A DNA stretch of 64,000 bases from a virus (Duplodnaviria; Caudoviricetes), in the IMG/VR virus record IMGVR_UViG_3300017821_000056, positions 1 to 64,000 of that record. One strand, given 5' to 3'. The translations under genes were made by a program, and so were the position numbers. The notes under the pieces are model-generated. The model worked only from the letters and a program-made list of their open reading frames with translations, had not been told where the DNA came from and searched no databases. Shown one piece after another: positions 43,297 to 52,776 of this stretch (the first letter of the stretch is position 1; each line of letters opens with the position of its first letter).

Positions 43297-46200
43297 GTGA
43301 GCCGCACCTCCGGCGCTCTCGCCGCCCTCAAGGCCGTTCCCGGCGGTGCCCGGTACACCCCGGCCCCCCAGTCCGGCGGGTGGGGCGCGATCAGCCCGGT
43401 AGCGGCCAACGCCCAGTTCGGCAACCCGTACGCGGCGCAGTACGGCTACGGCCCGTTCCTGCCGCGGCCCTCCAGGACGTTCACCGACGGCGCGTTCGGG
43501 CCGATGGCACCGATCCAGCCCGCGCCCGTCGACGAGCCGCCACCCGGCGGCCAGTTCCCCGACCCCCGCTGGTGGCAGTACCCCGTCGGCTGGAACCTGC
43601 CCACCCAGCCCGGTGCCGAAGGCCTGAAACTGGCGTCCTTCCAGCAGCTTTACACGCTGGCCAGCAAGTACAGCGTGGCACGGGCCTGCATCGAGCTCCG
43701 CAAGGAGGAGATCCGCAGCCTGGAATGGGAGATCCAGCTCACCACCCAGGCCGCCAAGGCATACCAGGGCGATGCCAAGGCCATGCGGGACTTCGGGGAA
43801 CGCGCCGCTGAGGCGACGAGGTTCTTCAGGAACCCGGACCCGGACTTCTGGAACTTCGGCAGCTTCATCGATGCCGTCCTCGAAGAGATCTTCGTGTACG
43901 ACGCGCTCGCGCTGGTGTTCCGGCCCAAGTACGGGAAGGGACTCGGCCGGGGGCTGCTCGGCTCCGACCTGGACTCCATCCGCCTGGTTTCAGGTCCGAC
44001 CGTGAGACCTTTGCTCGACATGCACGGCGGCAGGCCCCGCCCCCCGGCGCCGGCTTACCAGCAGTTCCTGTTCGGGGTTCCCCGCAGCGACTACCAGGCC
44101 ATCATCGCGGGCACGGACATCGACGACTACGGCCTCGCCGGGGCTGAGGTCAACACTTTCCGCGCGGACACGATGCTGTACGCGCCGCTGCTGGCACGCC
44201 GGGAAAGCCCCTACGGCTTCCCTCCCGTGGAACGGGCCCTCCTGCCGATCATCTCCGGGCTGCAGAAGCAGGAGTTCCAGCTCAGCTACTTCACCGAGGG
44301 CACCGTCCCGGCGGTGTACATCTCGCCGGGCGACGCGAACATGACCCCGACGCAGATCCGCGAGCTCCAGGACGCCCTGAACGGGGTAGCCTCGGACCCG
44401 GCCTACCACCTGAAGGTCATCGTCCTGCCGCCGGGCAGCAAGGTTGACCCGCAGCGGCCTGTGGACCTGTCGGACGGCTTCGACCTGCTCGTTCAGACGC
44501 AGGTCGCCATGGAGTTCGACGTGATGCCCGATGAGATCGGCCTCCTGCCGAACATCGCCGGGGCGGGCCCGTCCGCCGGCGCGTCCTCGTCGGGGGTGCG
44601 GCTGGGCTCGGCGGCGGCACGGAACATCAAGGACCGCAAGTCGTCCAAGCCTCTGCTGATGATGCTGTGCGACATCGCGGACTACGCCTTGCAGGGGATC
44701 TGCGGGCAGCAGGACATGCAGTTCCGGTTCGAGGGGCTGCAGGCCGAGGACGACAAGCAGGCCCTCGTGGACCGGGGCGTGCAGGGCATCCAGAACGGCC
44801 TGTACTCCATCGACGAGGTGCGCGGCTGGCTGGACCTGCCCCCGTGGGGACTCCCGGAGACATCGGAGCCGGTGGTGTTCACCGCGCAGGGCCCGGTGCC
44901 GTTCAGCATGGCCCCGGAGCTGATCCGCGCCGCGATCACGGGGAGTACGCCGCCGGGGCAAGGGACGAACTCGGGGCAGCGGTCGCCGTCGTCGCGGTCG
45001 AGGACGAGCCAGCCGAGCGTGCGGCGCGGCGGCCAGACCAAGCCGAACGGCAGTCACCCCGCGCCGGTAGCGGACCACCGGGAGGCCCCGCTCACGCCGG
45101 GGCACGCCGCCGCGGCCGGGGCCATCCAGTCCCCGACGCCCCGCACGGGCGGCACGACAAGCCGCTCGAGCGTGGCGGGGTCACGGAAGAAGGCTGTCGA
45201 CGCGGAACTCGGCGCCCTCGCCCGGCACCTGCGCAAGGGCCGGCTCATCTCCACGTGGGTCGCCGAGCACATCCCGGAACGGGCACTGGGGATGATCGCC
45301 GAGGACATCGCCAAGGGCGTGCTCATCGACACGGCGGTGGAACGAGCCGGGGATGTCTGCCTGAAGGATGATTGGGCGCATGGTTCATCCCGCGACAGCG
45401 CTCATGATCCCGATAGCGGTACTTGGGTCTCAGGCGCTGATCCTGCTGGTGCGGCTTGGCTTGTGGCTGCTGAAGAGGCGCAGGTCCACAAGGCGAGCGT
45501 TACGCACTGGCCCGGCTGGGAGCGGGACCTCGGCCTCGTCGGCGCCTACAAGAACCTCATCGGGCAGGCTTTCCATGACGCTGAGGCTAGAGGCTCAGCG
45601 TTGCGCAGGAAAGCCGCCACGGGGGCCATGTTCGTCTCCAACGGCACCTTGCGGGACCTGATCTCCGGTGAGGTGCGGGACGTGTTCAGCACCGTCCTCA
45701 CGCCCATGTGGACTGAGGCGTGGCACCTCGGCTACACCGCAGCGAAATCCCTCGTCACCGGGGAACCTGCCGACTTCGCGGCCAGGACGGACTCCGATCA
45801 CCTGCGCGGATTCATCGGCAGCGAGGAGGAGCACTGGCTCGGGCAGATCTCCCGCACCGGGCTGGGGAACAACTCCGCGCGGTCAGAAATGATCGCCCGG
45901 ACCGAGGTCGCGCGGGCCATCAACTCGGCGGCGATCCAGTGCTACCGGGATCACGGGGTGCAGTACAAGCACCTGCTCCTGTCGCCGGGAGCGTGTGACA
46001 TCTGCGAGGATGTGGCGGACGACGGGGATATTGCCCTGGACGCCCCGTTCTCAAACGGCGGCGTGCTGGGCCTCCAGCATCCGGGCTGCAGGTGCGTGCC
46101 CGCAGCGGCCGGGATCAACGTCGAGCCGCCCCTAGCGGACCTCGGCAAGTCGGCAGCCGCCGAGGACGACTCGCGCCTGTGCTGGCTGCTGCTGCGCGCC

Positions 46201-47862
46201 CGCGACGAGGACGGCAAGTACAGGTTCCTGCTGCAGCAGCGCCCCGACGGCACGTGGGGGATGCCCGGCGGCAAGCCCCACGTAGGCGAGGACTCGTGGG
46301 CCGGGGCTCTGCGGGAGACAGCCGAGGAGATCGGGCAGTTCCCCGCGCCCCGGATCGCCGGCACGTTCCACCACGTGGAGGACGACGGCACGACGCGGGT
46401 GTACCTGTGGCTGTGCGACGTCCCGTACTTCCATCCGGCGCTGGACGGGTCCACCCCGGAGGAAACCCGGGGGGCGGCCTGGTTCCGCCGCAAGGAGATC
46501 GCCGGCCTGGACCTGGCCCCGAAGTTCCGCGATGACTGGGAGCACGGGATCAGCCTGCGGGAGCACGTCACCAAGGCGCTCCAGCGGATGGTGAACGAGA
46601 ACGGGGAGGAACTGGTCCTCACGGACGCCTCACAGCGCCTCCAGGCGGTCGGCAGCCGCTGGCCATATCCGCACCGGGCCGACGGGACGGAATGGCCTGA
46701 CGCCGGCCCTGGGGCCGTTCCCGGAGCATCTGCGGGTGATGAGCCCCCCGGCCATATAAACGACATGGCCGCGCCGGAACCCCACGGCCCCGTAGAGCCG
46801 CGCGGCGGCGATGACGGGAAGTACCCGCGCAGGCGGGTGAGGAACCGGCCCGCGTCCCGGTTCCCGGACCAGGGCGGCCAGGATGATGAGGCGTGGCCGC
46901 AGCCGCAGGCCACGCTCACGCCCGGCATGACCACTGTCGGGGCACCCAAGAGCGGCGGGAACGACTCCGGCCATCCTGTCGTCGGTGCCTATCAGCCACA
47001 GCCGCTGAAGCCCATGAAGCCTCACGCGGTCGAGCCTGAGACGGTCGATCCTGCTGATGAGGTCGAGCGGTGGTCACCGGGCGATGACTCGGATGTCGCC
47101 CCGGCAGTCAAGGGCGCGCAGCACGTCACAGACGCGAACCCGGTCGAGTGGCGGCATGTGTATGCCCAGCTGGAAGCCAACTTCCCGGACTCGGCGCTGG
47201 AATGGGTGAAGCACTCGACGTGGGTCGGCCCGGTGAACGTGCCGTGGTCCCGCATTGATGATGATGACATCGGTTCGTGGGCTGCGAGTCACCAGCCCGA
47301 GGCAGTGACCCGGTTCGCCCGTGAGATCGCCAGGGGCGGTGCGCATACCAACCCGTCCATCCTGTTCCACCAGGCGAACCACTCCGACGGCCGGGAGAAG
47401 ATCGCCGACGGCCATCACCGGGCCATGGCCCGGCATTTCAAGCTCGGCAAGCCGGTCCTCGCCTACGTGGGCACGGTCCCGGCGCGGTGGATGCCGCGGG
47501 CGCTCGAGACGCACAGCAGTCAATTGCATTCGGGCGAGGACCCCGCCAACAAGTCCGCGCAGACCCCCGTCGTCAGCACCGTGCACCACCCGCTCGGCAG
47601 CGAAGGATTGTGGCACACCCCGTCCAAGAAGGTGCCCGAGCTGCAGCAATTGCCGGCCTACGTGCAGAACACGGCACGGGCGCTCATGCGCGATCAGGGC
47701 ATGGAGGAGTCGCAGGCCATCGCCACGGCGGTCAACGCGGTCAAGGAGTGGGCCGCCGGGCACGCCTTCGGCGGGAAGGTCCCCGTCACGCCAGAAGTCC
47801 AGCAGGCAGCGCAGCGCGCCTTGGATGAGTGGGAGCACCTGAAGGAGACGCACCACCCGTGA
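43297..47862 (+). CDS. portal protein fused to MuF-like, NUDIX and ParB-like domains
   Basis: ARACIELRK, YGFPPVE, YFTEG.VP, SIDEVR..LDLPP; IARTE...CDIC...HPGCRC; Nudix box GKPHVGEDSWAGALRETAEEIG; IADGHHR. Confidence 0.88.
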   Translation: MSRTSGALAALKAVPGGARYTPAPQSGGWGAISPVAANAQFGNPYAAQYGYGPFLPRPSRTFTDGAFGPMAPIQPAPVDEPPPGGQFPDPRWWQYPVGWNLPTQPGAEGLKLASFQQLYTLASKYSVARACIELRKEEIRSLEWEIQLTTQAAKAYQGDAKAMRDFGERAAEATRFFRNPDPDFWNFGSFIDAVLEEIFVYDALALVFRPKYGKGLGRGLLGSDLDSIRLVSGPTVRPLLDMHGGRPRPPAPAYQQFLFGVPRSDYQAIIAGTDIDDYGLAGAEVNTFRADTMLYAPLLARRESPYGFPPVERALLPIISGLQKQEFQLSYFTEGTVPAVYISPGDANMTPTQIRELQDALNGVASDPAYHLKVIVLPPGSKVDPQRPVDLSDGFDLLVQTQVAMEFDVMPDEIGLLPNIAGAGPSAGASSSGVRLGSAAARNIKDRKSSKPLLMMLCDIADYALQGICGQQDMQFRFEGLQAEDDKQALVDRGVQGIQNGLYSIDEVRGWLDLPPWGLPETSEPVVFTAQGPVPFSMAPELIRAAITGSTPPGQGTNSGQRSPSSRSRTSQPSVRRGGQTKPNGSHPAPVADHREAPLTPGHAAAAGAIQSPTPRTGGTTSRSSVAGSRKKAVDAELGALARHLRKGRLISTWVAEHIPERALGMIAEDIAKGVLIDTAVERAGDVCLKDDWAHGSSRDSAHDPDSGTWVSGADPAGAAWLVAAEEAQVHKASVTHWPGWERDLGLVGAYKNLIGQAFHDAEARGSALRRKAATGAMFVSNGTLRDLISGEVRDVFSTVLTPMWTEAWHLGYTAAKSLVTGEPADFAARTDSDHLRGFIGSEEEHWLGQISRTGLGNNSARSEMIARTEVARAINSAAIQCYRDHGVQYKHLLLSPGACDICEDVADDGDIALDAPFSNGGVLGLQHPGCRCVPAAAGINVEPPLADLGKSAAAEDDSRLCWLLLRARDEDGKYRFLLQQRPDGTWGMPGGKPHVGEDSWAGALRETAEEIGQFPAPRIAGTFHHVEDDGTTRVYLWLCDVPYFHPALDGSTPEETRGAAWFRRKEIAGLDLAPKFRDDWEHGISLREHVTKALQRMVNENGEELVLTDASQRLQAVGSRWPYPHRADGTEWPDAGPGAVPGASAGDEPPGHINDMAAPEPHGPVEPRGGDDGKYPRRRVRNRPASRFPDQGGQDDEAWPQPQATLTPGMTTVGAPKSGGNDSGHPVVGAYQPQPLKPMKPHAVEPETVDPADEVERWSPGDDSDVAPAVKGAQHVTDANPVEWRHVYAQLEANFPDSALEWVKHSTWVGPVNVPWSRIDDDDIGSWAASHQPEAVTRFAREIARGGAHTNPSILFHQANHSDGREKIADGHHRAMARHFKLGKPVLAYVGTVPARWMPRALETHSSQLHSGEDPANKSAQTPVVSTVHHPLGSEGLWHTPSKKVPELQQLPAYVQNTARALMRDQGMEESQAIATAVNAVKEWAAGHAFGGKVPVTPEVQQAAQRALDEWEHLKETHHP

Positions 47863-48218
47863 CGATGATGGATGAGTACAACCGGCTGTACCGCGAACGC
47901 CAGGAGAACCCGTACAGGCCTGAGAACGACAACGACAAGGCTCCTGACTACCTCAAGGAACTGTTCGGCAAGAGGGTCAAGGTCTCGAGCGCCAAGGATT
48001 CCTCGCGCTGGTTCGGCTGGCTCGCCGGCTACTTCGAGCGCCCGGTCATCGTCGTCGCCAACAGCAGCGGCAGCAGGAATCACGGTGGCCTGTTCTCCTC
48101 GGGGACGATCCTTCCCGCGAGTTACCCGGTCGAGGAGTACGTGCCGCCGGCCCCAAGATCGTGCCCTACCTGCGGCCATACGGAACCGCTGATCGGAACT
48201 GACCCGATCATCTGGTGA
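47859..48218 (+). CDS. hypothetical protein
   Basis: GTGA coupling. Confidence 0.55.
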   Translation: MTMMDEYNRLYRERQENPYRPENDNDKAPDYLKELFGKRVKVSSAKDSSRWFGWLAGYFERPVIVVANSSGSRNHGGLFSSGTILPASYPVEEYVPPAPRSCPTCGHTEPLIGTDPIIW

Positions 48219-48225
48219 GAATCCT

Positions 48226-48567
48226 TCACCTGTAGGTGATCCCCTCGAACTCCTCCGGCGCTGTCGCCTCGGTCCTGATGTGCAGGTTCCACCTCGGGTG
48301 AGCGGTGAACGACAACCGCAGCGAGGAGACTGCCTGCGTCAGCGGGACGAAGATTCCCCCGGCGGAGAACCTGCCCTTGCTCTGCCGCATCGTCATCCCG
48401 TCGCTCATCTGGAAGTCCTGCGGCTCTTTCGCCTGGTACTCGCGGATGCGGCCGTCGGCGTACTCGACGCGGATGAACACGCGGGCCACGGTGTCGTCCT
48501 CGTACCGCATCTCTGCCGCGGCCGGGGCCTTGACGATCTCGCCGGAGACCGGCTCTAGTTCGCTCAT
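48226..48567 (-). CDS. hypothetical protein (paralog of 49420-49638)
   Basis: RVFIRVEYADGRIREY; CATCAT 6 nt upstream. Confidence 0.6.
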   Translation of the reverse strand: MSELEPVSGEIVKAPAAAEMRYEDDTVARVFIRVEYADGRIREYQAKEPQDFQMSDGMTMRQSKGRFSAGGIFVPLTQAVSSLRLSFTAHPRWNLHIRTEATAPEEFEGITYR

Positions 48568-48590
48568 CCGCCCATGATGGCAGGAGGCTC

Positions 48591-49142
48591 GTGAAGCTCG
48601 CCGAGTTCAAGGCCCTCTGCGACCGGGAATGGGCGAAGGATCGCCACGGCGACGTGCAGGCGCTGCACCTGACCGACCGCAGCCTCCTGGAGTTCAGTAC
48701 CGAGATACTCCTCGCAGGCGCCGAGGATCAGCCCTTCCTGTTCCCCCTGATCCCGCTCGTTGGCACCGAGGATATCCCGGGCATCCGTGCTGGCAAGGTC
48801 TTCAGCAAGGTCCTGAACCCGATCACTCGCAGCGTGGTCAGCATTTCAGGCGGCTCCGACCAGGATCTAGCCGAGGTCTACTCGGCACCGGACGGGCTGA
48901 CCGAAGTCGCCATCCCTCCCGATCCTGCCGTGAAGCTGGCCGACTTGAGTTCCCTCGCCCGCTGCCAGCGCAAGAACGCAGAGGATCTCCGCGAGGCGAT
49001 CACCGCCGCACGGGACGCGGGCGCCACCTGGGCGCAGATCGGCCAAGCTCTGGACATGCCGCGCGAGACGGCATTCCGCCAGCACCGGGCGGGCTCGCCC
49101 ATCGTGGTCGTGAAGGCGTACCAGTCCAAGCCGCGCCCGTGA
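48591..49142 (+). CDS. protein with C-terminal HTH
   Basis: ARDAGATWAQIGQALDMPRETAFRQH; RBS GGAGG. Confidence 0.65.
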   Translation: MKLAEFKALCDREWAKDRHGDVQALHLTDRSLLEFSTEILLAGAEDQPFLFPLIPLVGTEDIPGIRAGKVFSKVLNPITRSVVSISGGSDQDLAEVYSAPDGLTEVAIPPDPAVKLADLSSLARCQRKNAEDLREAITAARDAGATWAQIGQALDMPRETAFRQHRAGSPIVVVKAYQSKPRP

Positions 49143-49423
49143 CGCGCCGCCAGCCCGACAAGGCCGTCAAAGCGGTCCTCGCCGGGACCTGGCGCACCCC
49201 ACCAGCCGGACAGAACGCGCAGGACGCCCAGAAACTCCTGGCCTCCATCGCTGATGCCCTGAACGCCTGCGACCGGGCCGGGTTCACCGTGAAGCTCGCC
49301 CACGGGGCCGTGATCACCAGGGCCGGTTATGTCCTCCCGGTGTACCCGGATCCGGGGGAACGGTACGCAGTACGGACGATGGCGCTGACAGAGTTCCCGG
49401 TAGCTGGCGAGGACGAAGACTAA
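49139..49423 (+). CDS. hypothetical protein
   Basis: GTGA coupling. Confidence 0.55.
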   Translation: MTRRQPDKAVKAVLAGTWRTPPAGQNAQDAQKLLASIADALNACDRAGFTVKLAHGAVITRAGYVLPVYPDPGERYAVRTMALTEFPVAGEDED

Positions 49424-49638
49424 GGCTCAGCCAGAACAAAGGATGTTCCTTCCGCCGTCATCCCGGCCGGGATCTCCAGCACGTCCATCACCAGACGTGA
49501 CCCTGAAGGCGCCTGCGCCACGATGCCGCCCTCGTCGGCGAATCTCAGGACTAGGCCAGCCGGGTTAAGCGCCCGGTACTCGCGCACAGACCCGTCAGCA
49601 TGCTCAGCGCGGATCACCACGCGCGTTATGACGCTCAT
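49420..49638 (-). CDS. hypothetical protein
   Basis: RVVIRAEHADGSVREY; CACGAT 6 nt upstream. Confidence 0.55.
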   Translation of the reverse strand: MSVITRVVIRAEHADGSVREYRALNPAGLVLRFADEGGIVAQAPSGSRLVMDVLEIPAGMTAEGTSFVLAEP

Positions 49639-49701
49639 TTCCTCATCGTGGCACGCCTGAGCGGCGGTCACCTGTCACGAATCCCCAGAGATCGGAGCCG
49701 T

Positions 49702-52700
49702 GTGGCCGCAACTCTCACCGATGAACTGACCAGGGTCTCGGTCGCGGACATCGAGAAATGGGAGGAAGCGGACGGCACCGTCTACGTCTACGGCCGCTGC
49801 ACGACACCCGAGATCGACACCGATGACCAGCGGGTTTCCGCCGAGTGGAGCGGGCCGGCGCTCAAGGAGTGGATGGCCACCGCCCCGACAGTCCGCGTAC
49901 AGCACAACCCGCAGCGTGACCCGGCCGGCTCCGGGGTCAAGGTCGACGTCAACCGCGACGGCGACGGCGCCCACTGGCTGAAGGCCGCCGTGGACGAGCC
50001 GGTCGCCCAGCGTCTGGTGAAGAAGGGCCACCTGCGGGCGTTCAGCGTCGGCATCGCCCGCCCCGTCATCGAACGGGACGTCACCGGGAAGGCGCGCGGC
50101 GGGATCATCAGCGGCGGCAAGATCGTCGAGGTCTCCCTGGTGGATTCCCCGGCGAACCGGTCGTGCTTCCTGGAGATCGCCAAGTCCGCTGCGGACGGCA
50201 CCTGCGAGTTCACCGGCAAGGTCTATGGCGACGATGAGGTTATCCGGAAGGCCATCGGCGGGGACCTGCTCGCCAAGGCCGTCGCCCCCGCAAGCCTGGA
50301 CACGTGGTCGCCCCCCGCAGACCTGAGCATCACCTTTACCCCGGCGGACATGGCGAAGCTGTTCCAGGGCAAGATCATCGAGCAGCACTACGACGACCTC
50401 GCCCTCAAGGCGGTCATCGAGGCCGAGGCGGCCGTCTACAAGCGGGACATCGACACCGCGACCCGCCGCCGGCTCAGGGCTGAGGGGAACGCGCTCCCGA
50501 ACCTGTCCTACCCGATCGAGAACGCCGGGGACCTGGACAACGCCGCCCGCCTGGCGCGTTCGGGTCACGGTGACGTCGCGGCTGCGCGCCGCCTTATCGC
50601 CCGCAGGGCAAGGGAGCTGGGTGTGGCCAATCCGCTCGATGAGGGCGATGCCGAGAAGGCCATCAGCGAGGAGGAGGCGGTGGCCAAGGCCCTGACGGCG
50701 CTGGACGCCTTCGCCGGGGCCGGCAGCAAGGAAGAAGCGGTAGCCGCCCTGGAGGCTGTCGCTGCGGCGGTGAAGGAAGCCGAGCCTGAGATCACCAAGG
50801 ACCCGGAGCCCGAGGCCAAGGACAAGCCCAAGCCTGTCAAGAAGGCGAAGAAGAAGCCGAAGAAGCTGCCCCCGTGGCTGAACAAGCCCAAGGACGGCGA
50901 CGGCGACGGCGACTCGGATGACGACGGGGCGTGCAAGCAGGACCACGCCCACACGGAGAAGTGCCACACCACCCCGGCTGAGGCTGCCGGGGTCTCCGGC
51001 TCCCACCCGATGCAGGCCGCCCCCGTCCCCGAGCTCCAGGAGACCCCGCCGGTCGCGGCGATGAAAGCCGGCCCCACCCCCGCCTCCGCCGGCCACGTCT
51101 CCGACGCCGCCCCGATGACCCCGGTCGCCGCCCACCGTGAGCCCGACGGCGCCCTCAACGACCCGATGGAGGCCGATGCGGGCCTGTCCGACGGCGACTC
51201 CGAGAAGCCGACCAGGCTGGAAGCGCCGATGATGAAGGGCCAGCCTGAGGTGTCCGCGATGCTGCGGTTCAAGGCCGCCGGCATCGACCCGGACCTGGGC
51301 CGCCTCCACGACCTGACCTGCCCCGCCTACCACCCGGACGAGGTGGCCAAGTACCACCCGTTCGCGGACTTCACGACGCTGATCGACGAGCGGGCGTGGA
51401 TGCGCAAGGCCCTCGCCGCCGCCTGCGGGCCGGCGGAGGAAGCCAAGGCGATGGCGCAGATGTGGAACTCGGTGACCATCCTGCGCGCGGCTGACCCGGC
51501 GATGCTGAACGACTTCCGCCTGCAGGCGCATAAGGCGTTCCGCGACGCGAACCCGGGCCCGTCCACGTACCCGGCGCCGGGGTCCATGTCGCCGCAGCGG
51601 TATAACCGGCCGCTGGTGACCGACGGGCATGAGGCCAGTTCCCCCGGCCACTCCGGACCCGGCACCTCCCCGGAAGTGGCAGGTTCCGCACCGAACGCGC
51701 ACTCGTTCGACCGGCCCCCGCTCGCCGCGGGCCACCAGTCACCGTCCCCGTCCCACATGAAGCAGGGCGGCGGCGAATACCCCGCCATGCAAGGCCAGCC
51801 CGTCCAGCTGTCCTACGCCCACATGGAGAAGGACCAGGCCCGCATGGCGCTGGTCCGGGTCCACGACCAGCTCGGCCGCCAGTTCCCCGAAGTCTGCCCC
51901 CTCGACACGCCCACGTCCCGGCCGCTGCGCGCCCAGCAGCCCGAGGGCCACCCGGTCCCGGCCATCGCGGGCATCGGGAAGACCGCCGCGATCCTGCCTG
52001 TGCCCGTGGATGAGCCCGCCCCCGTCGCCGTCGTCAAGGCCCAGCCTGAGTCGGACGGCCAGTTCATGGACGCCGACGTCTACAAGGGCTTCAAGAAGAT
52101 GCGCAAGAAGCTCGGCAAGAAGGTCCTGTCCGGGAAGATGACCGTGGATGAGGCCCGCTCCAGGATGGGCCGCCAGTTCGCCCAGAAGGGCGCGGAGCCG
52201 CAGGAGCCGGTGCAGAAGGGCTTCCTGCCCAGGCCGCGCGAGGGCTGGACCGGGTTCGAGGGGGGCACTGACCCGAACGGCGTCCCGCGGGTCCCGGTGG
52301 ACAGCCCGCTCCTGACCCCCGACCTGATCAAGGCCGCTGTCGCCGAAGCCCTCCGCGCGGAGTCCGTCCCGCTGGAGCCCGCCACGGTCGCGTCCTTCGA
52401 CCCGTCACCCGCCATCGAGGCTGCGGTGACCAAGGCCACCTCGGAACTGAAGGACCTGCTCGTCAAGCAGCAGGCCACCTTCGAGACCAAGCTTGCTGAG
52501 CAGCAGAAGGTGATCGACGCCATCGCTGACCAGCCCGACCCGTCCACGGCCGCTTTCAGCGGCCTGGCATTCCGTCCCGCCATGACCAAGGCGGCACGCC
52601 CGGCGGGCGTGACCGAGATAGCCGAGAGCCATGCGGCGCAGGCCCGGCTCCTGGTCCGGCAGGAACTCGAGAACACCTACTACAACCACAGCACCCCGGC

Positions 52701-52764
52701 TGTCCGCGAAGCGGCGGCACAGGCCATCGCGCGGCTGGGCAGCGGGAGGCAGGACATGACTTAG
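49702..52764 (+). CDS. prohead protease fused to a long scaffold region
   Basis: VYG...DTDDQ, VRVQH, AFSVG, EVSLVDSPAN; inserted SYPIENAGDLDNA domain; C-terminal coiled coil. Confidence 0.85.
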   Translation: MAATLTDELTRVSVADIEKWEEADGTVYVYGRCTTPEIDTDDQRVSAEWSGPALKEWMATAPTVRVQHNPQRDPAGSGVKVDVNRDGDGAHWLKAAVDEPVAQRLVKKGHLRAFSVGIARPVIERDVTGKARGGIISGGKIVEVSLVDSPANRSCFLEIAKSAADGTCEFTGKVYGDDEVIRKAIGGDLLAKAVAPASLDTWSPPADLSITFTPADMAKLFQGKIIEQHYDDLALKAVIEAEAAVYKRDIDTATRRRLRAEGNALPNLSYPIENAGDLDNAARLARSGHGDVAAARRLIARRARELGVANPLDEGDAEKAISEEEAVAKALTALDAFAGAGSKEEAVAALEAVAAAVKEAEPEITKDPEPEAKDKPKPVKKAKKKPKKLPPWLNKPKDGDGDGDSDDDGACKQDHAHTEKCHTTPAEAAGVSGSHPMQAAPVPELQETPPVAAMKAGPTPASAGHVSDAAPMTPVAAHREPDGALNDPMEADAGLSDGDSEKPTRLEAPMMKGQPEVSAMLRFKAAGIDPDLGRLHDLTCPAYHPDEVAKYHPFADFTTLIDERAWMRKALAAACGPAEEAKAMAQMWNSVTILRAADPAMLNDFRLQAHKAFRDANPGPSTYPAPGSMSPQRYNRPLVTDGHEASSPGHSGPGTSPEVAGSAPNAHSFDRPPLAAGHQSPSPSHMKQGGGEYPAMQGQPVQLSYAHMEKDQARMALVRVHDQLGRQFPEVCPLDTPTSRPLRAQQPEGHPVPAIAGIGKTAAILPVPVDEPAPVAVVKAQPESDGQFMDADVYKGFKKMRKKLGKKVLSGKMTVDEARSRMGRQFAQKGAEPQEPVQKGFLPRPREGWTGFEGGTDPNGVPRVPVDSPLLTPDLIKAAVAEALRAESVPLEPATVASFDPSPAIEAAVTKATSELKDLLVKQQATFETKLAEQQKVIDAIADQPDPSTAAFSGLAFRPAMTKAARPAGVTEIAESHAAQARLLVRQELENTYYNHSTPAVREAAAQAIARLGSGRQDMT

Positions 52765-52776
52765 TTAGGAGAACGT

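Noticed and set aside
49675-51735. Long antisense ORFs (also 14900-16138, 39303-40610, 43990-45105, 52765-53895, 56682-57992, 63010-63915)
   Set aside because: Shadow frames of well-supported genes in high-GC DNA; no motifs
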